Origin: Octopus sinensis
Taxonomy: Eukaryota
DNA: 64,000 nt
Direction: 5' to 3'
NCBI RefSeq assembly: GCF_006345805.1
Contig: NC_042998.1
Location: 158,286,001-158,350,000 of the forward strand
The notes beneath the pieces are model-generated. The model worked only from the letters and a program-made list of their open reading frames with translations. It was not told the origin of the DNA and did no database searches. The first letter of the stretch is position 1; the number at the start of each line of letters is the position of its first letter. The position numbers and the translations under genes were made by a program. Positions 55,060 through 64,000 of the stretch are shown piece by piece.

Positions 55060-56050
55060 CATGCGTAAATTGTATGAAAAATAAAAAAAATCAAGATATA
55101 AAAAAGAATCGCCGTAAACATTGTAGAAATTCGGCAAAGAAATGAATTTTCGGGGTGTAGTCTGGAGGGTTTTTTCGTATTAATCGTTTGTACTTTGTGA
55201 ACACATACCAATTGTTTTCATAACATTTTTAACGCTTTGAATTAAATGTGACCATTTTGCGTTGAGTCTGCAGTTTGAATCACTTTAACCAAATTTTAGC
55301 AGGCCGGATTTTTGATCATCACGATACATCGCAAACGACTCCCTGAAACTCTCCCCTGAAATCCCTGTCGAGAAATACTGATCTAAAAGAATAATTCAAC
55401 AATGCAATTATTTGATCAACAAAAATTTATGAAACGCTTCTACATACTTCCTATTGAGGAAATAGAACACATAAGCGCAAAAATAGAAGGCATTAAATGC
55501 TTGATTTTAAAACCAAAATAATTGAATTTTGATTGAACTTCATCCAAGTTTAGCTTAATTCGTGCGTGCATAGAACGTACGAGCGCACGTACGTACATTG
55601 TGTAAGAAACTATTGATTTTGCACTCGCAGATTAATCGATTTTCCTCAGTGCGATTAATAGTCACAGAAAGCCATGCAATACTGCTAGTAATATATCTCT
55701 TATCTCTTATTATAAAAGGCAGATTTTATCTGCCTCCCTTTGGGAGTTATACAAATCTACAATATAGGATTTCTTCAATTACAATTTACCTACCATTTTT
55801 AAGAGTACAATGCATCGCGTCATGCCAGGTCCAGTTTTTAAAATTTAAACTCCAATTAAGCAAAATTTACAGAAAACTCACATTCTGGTGTGTGTGTCAA
55901 ATGCTTTTCTTAGTCTGGTTTACACCACACGCAAACGCACACACACAGTGGGCAACGAATAAAATGAAAGTAATTGACTTACTGTAGTGAGTGATTCTTT
56001 CACTCTGCCTCCCACTTCCTCTTTCAACACATAGACACGCAAATATATAA
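55060..56050 (+). mobile_element. Non-autonomous Helitron 3' end (CTAG 55685-55688) followed by a Helitron 5' end
   Basis: atactgCTAG|T is the same terminus as at 57772. TCTCTTATTATAAAAG at about 55703 resembles the TCTTTATATATAAAAG start at 57381. Outer limits are approximate. Confidence 0.55.
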
Positions 56051-56216
56051 ATAAAATTGTAAGCTAACGTGCGTGTGTGTGAGTGGGTGTGTGTGGGTGT
56101 GCGCGTGTGTGTGTGAGGGTGCGTGTGTGTGTGTGTGTGTGTGTGCGTGTGCGTGAGTGTGTGACAGGAAAGTTTTTTACGACGAATATAACACCTATAT
56201 CCAAGTAGCAGAAAGA

Positions 56217-56592
56217 TAAGACAGTAAGGTGTGATTTGAGGGAGATTTGGCTGCTATTTCTACCATGTCTAGCTGCCATGTAGGGGTCTCCCTCATAGGC
56301 TCATACATACATATATACATAGATAAAACAGTAAGGTGTGATTTGGGGAAAATTTGGCTGCTATTTCTACCAGGTCTAGCTGCCATGTAGGGGTCTCCCT
56401 CATAGGCTCATACATACATACATACATACATAGATAAGACAGTAAGGTGTGATTTGGGGGAAATTTGGCTGCTATTTCTTCCAGGTCTAGCTACCATGTA
56501 GAGGTCCCCCTCATTGGCTCATATATATATACATACATAAGACAGTAAGGTGTGATTTGAGGGAGATTTGGCTGCTGTTTCTACCAGGTCTG
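56217..56592. repeat. Tandem array of a 103-112-bp unit (3.5 copies), each ending in (CATA)n
   Basis: gtaaggtgtgattt recurs at about 56224, 56331, 56443 and 56546. Confidence 0.9.
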
Positions 56593-56951
56593 TTAGGCCT
56601 TCTCATGTAAACTCAAGCTTTCTCATGCCTTGAACATAAGACCAAAGCAGAGAATGTATTCTTTTATTCTTCTGCTTTTTCCAGCCATTGGTCTGTGGCC
56701 ATGCTGGGGCAATGCCTTGAAGAATTGTAGTTTAATGAATCAACTCGTTTTATTTTTGTAAGCATTGTAGTTATTCTATCTGTTTCCTTTGTCAAACCAC
56801 TAGGTGACAGGGATGTAAACAAACCAACATTCGTTGTCAAGCAGTGGTGGAGGACAATCACAAGCACAGACACGCACACACACACACATAGATGCATACA
56901 CATATACACACATACATACATACATACATATATATATGTGTGTATATATAT

Positions 56952-57285
56952 ATTGCAGCGTGGAAGGTGTTTGTAAGCCATTTAAGAAACACACAAAAAC
57001 CGTTACATTCACTTCAACATTTAAATTTAATTTGCCAAAATATTTTCGTCGCTTTGAGACCGCGACCTGTTCACTGACAAAAATATCGTGCTAACAGGTC
57101 GCGGTCTCAAAGCGATGAAAATATTTTGACAAATTAAATTTAAATGTTGAAGTGAATCTAACGATTTTTGTGTGTTTCTTAAATGGCTTATAAACACCTT
57201 CAACGCTGCAACTGTTTTCGTTCCAGCACACGATCTCAGATCAAGTCACTTGCTATGCAAGTACATCTCTGTAACTATATATATA
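56952..57285. mobile_element. Fold-back with about 120-bp arms (56952-57072 vs 57093-57213, 21-bp spacer) of a PLE-type terminal repeat
   Basis: Arms are reverse complements. The right arm continues to ...acatctctgtaac followed by (TA)n. Confidence 0.85.
57031..57081 (-). ncRNA. Hammerhead-like motif with G3-C8 core variant
   Basis: Reverse complement tttgtca-GTGAACA-g-GTCGC(ggtctcaaa)GCGAC-GAAA-ATAT-TT-tggcaaa; 7-bp stem I, 5-bp stem II, palindromic helix III. Confidence 0.65.
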
Positions 57286-57380
57286 TTTATATTATATATA
57301 TATATATATATGTATATTGGTAAAAACAGTAAGATAACAAAAGAAAGAAAGAGACCTCAATATTATGTAAATAGAGGAAA

Positions 57381-57772
57381 TCTTTATATATAAAAGTGAG
57401 GTTGTGTGTCTGTCTCCTACGATTTAGATTCCTAACTACTCCCACATTTTGCGGTGCAGTTTAACCAAAACCGGTATCTTATAGTCGTGATTCATATCGA
57501 GACCGTCTGGGTATTAGCGCGCGTCTACGATGAGTCTACGATTTAAAAAAATTTACCATCAATTTTTCCCATTTTTAATCCATTTTTGACATATATAAGG
57601 GAAGTAACTCTCTAAAATTTATTATTAAATCTCAGAACGTAAAAAGCTACAGTAACACCCCTCCCCCTTTGTGGTTAGCCATATTGAGATGGCTATTATA
57701 CTTTACATCTCTAAAAATGCTTATATAATTATTTCCCTTACAAACCCGAGCAACGCCGGGCGATACTGCTAG
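57381..57772 (+). mobile_element. Complete non-autonomous Helitron (392 bp)
   Basis: A|TC 5' end, subterminal hairpin cccgagcaacgccggg, CTAG|T 3' end, no TSD. Confidence 0.85.
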
Positions 57773-59447
57773 TAAATAAATAAACGACACACATTTTTAG
57801 TGGATCTCGAAAAAATAAAGTTATAAATAATAGGTTAAAAACTCTTTGGATAGAACAAGTCGAAGGCGACCTGTAGTACTCGACTACATCTCTAAACATG
57901 ACAGTCGTGCTACCACTGGACCAAAGCAATCATTTTAGAAACTTCATTGTTACCTAGCATGAATTGAATATTGCTGACGTTAGGCAAACTTTTATATGTT
58001 ATTATCTATAGCTTTATTTGCTTTGAGATCCAGTCCCCAAAATAAAGTTTATTCATTTTCTTTAGAAATTTATAAAACAAAAGTTCGTATAACTTCAACA
58101 ACGGGCACTTCTCGTAATTAAGATTAAAGTTTTTAAAATGAATAAAGAAATTGAAAGGATTGCTTTGGTTCAGTGGTAAACAGCCTGTCAGTGCTTACAG
58201 GAGATGGGGGTTCGAGTCGCACGGGATTCCTTCGGCTCTTCTTTAACCACAGTTTTTAATCCAATATTTAGACAATGTTATTTATAGCTTTATTTGCTTC
58301 GAGATCCTCCATGCCATAAAGAATGTTTTCATATTCTCCAGAAGTTTGTAAAAAAGAATTCTTACGACATCAACAACAAACATTTTTATTGTGCTCTTAC
58401 AAAGCTAAAGGATTTTCAACGCAGAAGCAATTGCCATATACTCATATTCCTGACAGGGTCCAAAAAAGTAAAGACCAACAATTTCGAACCAATTTCCTCC
58501 AAATATTTCCCTAACTTCCGCGAAACTATTCCTATAATGCAAGGAAATAGGAGATGCTCTGCGTACGTAAAAATTTATCCATAAAAGTATTTAGAAAAAA
58601 GTATTCCAATGAGTTGATTTGCTTCAAGGTGTGTAGTTTAACGTTTTGAACATACAACCTTCTTCAGAAAAGTATCCGAAAAGTTGGTCTTTTACGCACC
58701 ACGGCATATTAACTTACTGTTATTTAATTTTTTTCTATGAACTGTTATGGATACTCCTAAGTATATCCTCTCTTGCTAAGCAGAACGCATTCAATGCGAA
58801 AAAGCAAAAACCCAATAAATATCAAAGCACTTCGGGGAGAACTTCCATTTAATCAAGGGAGAGAACTTCGAGGATATTTTGGTATTATTAGGCCATGTCA
58901 ACGAAGTAGATGCATTGCCATAGTTTCCGAAGTAGTAATACCAGAATTTACGATGTAACATCACAGTACTGTAGCTTGAATTGATGTGGCAAATTAGTAT
59001 TTTTAAGAAAAACAACACAGATATATATCTCTCAGGCCATCTGCATGAAAATCAACAGCTGAAAGGGAGCGAAATTATTCAGCGCAAGCAACTGTGCTCT
59101 GAGTGGAGAAGGCAATGCTTCTCTGATGATGTCTAAAAAGACCAAAACACGTTCGAGATGTCTGCCGCATTTGCTGAAGGGATTAAAATAACACCAGTGA
59201 CCGAGCTAATTGTCCTCCACTCCCAACGCATTATCATTTCTAATTAGATTTTTGATGCTATGCATTAAATATTTTAAAATTACTTAACTGTTCATTGTTA
59301 TATAGATGCTTTTGTTTCTTTATATTCTTTTTCTTTGTTCGTCGCTTTCTTCCTTTGTTTATCTTTCTCAGTCTACTACTACTACTATTACTACTACTGC
59401 TACTACTACTACTGCTACTGCTACTTCTACTAATACTGCTGCTGTTG

Positions 59448-59483
<36 letters not shown>

Positions 59484-59485
59484 AC

Positions 59486-59535
<50 letters not shown>

Positions 59536-59899
59536 CACTGCCGTTGTTGCTACTACTGCTCCTGCCACTGCTGTTTTTGATGCCACTACTGAAACAGCTA
59601 CTCCGAAAAACTGAACTCTACACTAATGGTAGCATTGACCCACTGACCCATGAACCAATGCCGGAGCCTGTATGTGGTGCGTGGTCGCACTACTATGAAT
59701 CTCTTACCTTTTAAGAAAAGAAAGCTACACTGGTTGATGATATATAAATGAACGAGATGGTCATAGTTGGGGTACCTTTGAACACAGGTGTGATCGATGA
59801 TGGCTGATCTGATGATAAATTATAAAACAATTCGTTGATTCATGAACCAGTGGGAAGCTCGATCAAGTAGAAATAGCAACTACACATTTCTCAAAATTA

Positions 59900-60420
59900 T
59901 ATCAAGCATAAGAGAGACTGGGCACGATGAATAATGTTACACTAGACATAGCAAAATTGAAAAGAAACAGTAAAATTCTAAAACTTGATAGTCACAGCTG
60001 GAATACTTTGGCCGTAAACAACAAACAACTTGGTGTAACGGCTTGTTCTCTCAGTACCCCTGTGTTTTCCCACACTGATCCCATACTGAATACTATACTT
60101 ACTTCTTTCCTTTCTCAGTTAGAAAACTTCCTTCCAGCAATCATTTGTTTCACTGTCATCAATCTTCTTCGATTTTAAACAATACTAATTCATCAACAAT
60201 TCTGACCTCATATAGTTATCTAAACATCTTTAAAACAGATTCTAAACACTGCCGTTCTTCCCCAGACTAACAAAGAAACAATTCATCAATAATTCTGCCA
60301 CTTCGGTTTTGACCTTAGCCACCAAGCTGTCATATTGCAACAAAGAATCTTGCTGAAGTCAATTCGTGAATTCTTGCCAGATCTTTCGTATGTATATGGT
60401 TGCATGTATATTATTGCCCA
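59900..60420 (-). pseudogene. Possible highly decayed LINE (CR1/L2-like) ORF2 fragment
   Basis: KTEVAELLMNCFFVSL resembles the EKAELLN.FFASV motif; downstream motifs are barely recognisable. Confidence 0.3.
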
Positions 60421-60668
60421 TATATAAATTGAAACTTACTCAAATTACACGGATAAGCGAATCTTCTTACACTGGTAGAATTTTACCAACATCATTAGCC
60501 TTAAATACATAGGCCAACACAAAAAAGAAGCGGTACGGCTTCAAAAAGTGACTTGTATAAATTACATCCGACACACGCACACAGACACACACTCACACAT
60601 GTATATGTGCACGTACATTACACACATAAACACACATGCATGTATATATATATACATATATATATACA

Positions 60669-60756
<88 letters not shown>

Positions 60757-62217
60757 ATGTATGTACACGTATGTATGTGTGTATGCATCTCTCTATGTGT
60801 ATATGTGTCTACATCTACATCTATGTGTGTATATACATATGTATATTTCTGAGAGACACATACATATGTCTAACGTACGACATTTTCTGAAAGCTATTCA
60901 ATTCTTACCCGGCGGCCATAATCCATCAGTCCTAAATATCTTTCTTCCACATCACTTTTTAGCATTTTCTCACATCAAACCCTGTTTCATATTCTTGACT
61001 ATTATTTTCATATTTTTCTTTCCACCACATTTCTTTCCATCACTCTGCTTCTCTTGCTCCTCCTTCACCTTCTTGTTCTTCTCTGCCTCCTTTTCTCCCT
61101 TCTTCTTCTTCTTCTTCTTCTTCTTCTTCTTCTTCTTCTTCTTCTTCTCTTCTTCTTCTTCTTCTTCTTCTTCTTCTTCTTCTTCTTCTTCTTCTTCTTC
61201 TTCTTCTTCTTCTCCAACTCCTCATTCCCTCCTCCTCTTCTTATTCGTATCTTTTGCTTTTCAGTTAACTTTACAGTACAATACTATTGTTGCTGTTGCT
61301 CCTACTTTTATTCTTGTAAATGAAGTTATTTAGCCCCAGGCCTACCTTGATAAAACAGGCATATCATGAAAGACAAATCCACCATGACCGCCCTGTTTTT
61401 TTATAGGTATTTAGGGACTATATTATCTCATTTGTTCTTGCCTTGTTTAAGACAATAAACGTGTGTTTTGAGGGTTATTTAGCCGTTATTTTTAGCAGAT
61501 CGGACGATCGAGTAGATGCATCCTTACTTGCTCGTGTTACTACTGCCGCTATTGTTTGCTGTTCTTATTGGTGGTGGTGGTGGTGGTGGTATTATTCTAC
61601 TATTGTTGTTGGTGGTGGTGTTATTGTACTGTTGTTGCTGTTGTGGTTTTGTTATTGTGGTCGTTGTTGTTGTTGTTTCCAGCTCCGAACATGAAAACAT
61701 TTTACGAAAGTCCTCAGAAACACAAAACACATATCAGCAAAGCAATAACAACAAAAACATAACAACTTTACGAGCAAAAGCAACAACAATAACAACAACA
61801 GAATAAACAACAAAACAAAAGAAATATAAACAGAACCAACAAACAGAAAAAGAAGTACTACAATAACACAAAGACACAAGCAAATAATGCACATATAATA
61901 GCATGTATGTTAAAACTGATTTTAATGTTTAATAAGAATGCTAATACGCCAGTGACGTATTTGTATAACATCGGCATTGGCCCGCGTAGTTTGAGGTTAA
62001 TATTGCCAGCTTCTTTTCGACTGTTTCTTCCTTGACTTCTTGTTCAACCAACCGTTCACTTCCATGCATATCTAATGTGTTGTTCTCTCAGCGAAATCAC
62101 TTCAACTGAAAATTGCACTCATGACTGTCAGCTACAGTTATGCTCGTTTAAATTCACAAACATTCTAACAATGATTCGCTGCTTTTCAATTTGTCTTTAT
62201 ATTATATACATATATAG

Positions 62218-62248
<31 letters not shown>

Positions 62249-62329
62249 TTTGCTAACATCTGCCTGTTTTTATTCATTTTATTCTATCTTTTTTATTCTC
62301 TTTTGCTGACGATATTTATGTAGCATTCT

Positions 62330-62770
62330 TTTCTTCTTCGTCTTCTTCTTCTTCTTCTTTTCTTCTTCTTCTTCTCTTCTTCTTCTTCTTCTCTTCCTTC
62401 TTATCCTTCTTCTTTCCTTCTTCTTATTCTTCTTCTTTCCTTCTTCTTCTTCTCCTTCTTCTCTCTTCTTCTTCTTCTATTCTTCTTCTTCTCTCTTCTT
62501 TCTGTAATTCTATTACTTCTTCTTTCTCTTCTCTCTCTTCTTCTTTTTCTTCTTCTTCTTCTCTTTTCTTCTTATTCTTTTAGTCTTAGTCTTAGTATTC
62601 TCTCTTCTTCTCTCTCTTCTTTCTAAATTTTTCTTCTTATTCTTTCTTTCTCGCTCTTCTTAGGATTTCTTCTTTTCTTAGTCTTTTTCTTCTTCTCTTT
62701 CTTTTTCTCTAATTTTCTTCTTCGGTTTCTATTCTTTTCTTATCCTTCCTTCTTCTTTCTTCTTCTTCTT

Positions 62771-62801
<31 letters not shown>

Positions 62802-63060
62802 GTCTTAGTCTTAGTATTTCTCTTCTTCTTCTCTCTCTTCTTTCTCTAATTTTTCTTCTTCTTCTTTCTCTTCTTCTTCTTCTTCTTCTTCTTCCTTTTC
62901 TATTTCTACCCCCTCGTCTTCTTTTCTCCTTCATGTCCCCCTTCGCCTTCCTTAATTCTATTTCTTCATCTTCCTCCTCCTCCTTTGTCATCTTTTACTC
63001 CTCCTGCATTTTCGCTCCTCCTCCTCTTCCTCCTCCTCCTCCACCTCCTACTTTATCATT
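62330..63060. repeat. Long degenerate (CTT)n/(CCT)n tract with internal re-duplicated blocks
   Basis: ttagtcttagtcttagtatt..tctcttcttc occurs at about 62580 and 62800. Comparable tracts: (GAA)n 39070-39220, (CTA/AAT)n 59360-59580, (CTT)n 61100-61210. Confidence 0.9.
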
Positions 63061-64000
63061 ATGTTCATCAGCTGTATTATCCTGCTTCACGTTCACTTTC
63101 TTATAATTGTTGTTATCGCAGTTGCTATTGTTCCTGTATCTTCATTGAGTTGTAAGTTTTAAAGTATACAACTCACATACACGCATTCAGACACACACAC
63201 ACACACAAACATACAAACATGCACGCGCACACGCAGACAAGCACACGGATGCACGCACACACGCACACACTCTTACGCACACACGCACACCACGGATTGT
63301 CTGGCCATCGGTCTGGACTATATATGTTTTAGTTGTATTACCTAATCATTCTACGACAATGAATATCCTATTTGTTTCTCAGATAATTTGACGGTTACTC
63401 AGTCCCTGCGTATGTATTTGTGTATGTATATGTGTGTGTGTATACAAACACACACGTACACACACGTATAAGTATTTATATAGTATACAACTCTGCATTT
63501 ATATGCATACATGCCTGCACGCATATACATTCACATTGCATATATATATATATATATAATACAAAATGGGACAAGAACGCAAAACATTCAGAAGACGATA
63601 CAAAAAACACGAACGGGTCATTCGAAGCCTTCAATCTTCAGTCAAGAACCGGATCATCCTCGCAATTTCGGCTGATTAATCTTGAGATTGCTCTAATCTG
63701 GCCAGCCCCAAGGAAAAACTAAGCTAAGAGCACTAGCTTCCTTGGAAAAAAGCTTTGAATGTATACGAAACAAGGACGGAAAAACATTTAGTAGAGATGA
63801 CCCGGAAGTTGTTTCTCTTCGATTACCATCGCAAACAGCAGTAGCAGTAGCTTTCTTCAACCGAACACACATCGTTGATTGGTTGAAATTACCCAAATAC
63901 GACAACTTTAACACGAAATAACTTCTAAAATACGAAATTTTCTCAAAAACGTTCAGAGTAAACCGTATCCTACTTGAGAAATTCTCCCAGTATTCGAAGT

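Noticed and set aside
56217-56592. CRISPR array or HDV-like ribozyme
   Set aside because: Units repeat in full with no unique spacers, and the context is eukaryotic. The complementary segments are not in the order needed for the HDV double pseudoknot.
61940-62085. Minus-strand MHGSERLVEQEVKEETVEKKLAIL as an exon
   Set aside because: The nearest good acceptor (ttttcag) leads to stops in all three frames, and there is no donor.

Overview
Repeat-saturated eukaryotic DNA, most likely octopus (inferred from the tRNA-derived SINE families and the very dense TA/CA/CATA/GATA microsatellites). No host-gene exon could be confidently identified, and nearly all ORFs in the supplied track are translated microsatellites. 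Recognisable elements: a 5'-truncated L1/Tx1-type LINE running off the left edge, an RLE (R4/Dong-like) LINE 3' fragment, two Penelope-like (PLE) RT pseudogenes, an internally deleted mariner, a DD37D-type mariner fragment, a Tigger-like MITE, non-autonomous Helitrons, four SINE families and several local duplications. The main hidden signal is RNA structure. By eye I can fold about 15 type I hammerhead ribozyme (HHR) motifs from at least 7 unrelated repeat families, most with the palindromic helix III typical of dimer-acting PLE hammerheads. Many sit in head-to-head inverted (fold-back) insertions. The most notable are (i) a non-coding 489-nt tandem, fold-back array at 42.3-43.8 kb with one HHR per monomer, i.e. 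a retrozyme-like circular-RNA candidate, and (ii) cores in which the C3-G8 tertiary pair is swapped to U3-A8 (29.6/30.8 kb) or G3-C8 (57.0 kb). All folds are manual; catalytic activity and novelty relative to databases are untested.
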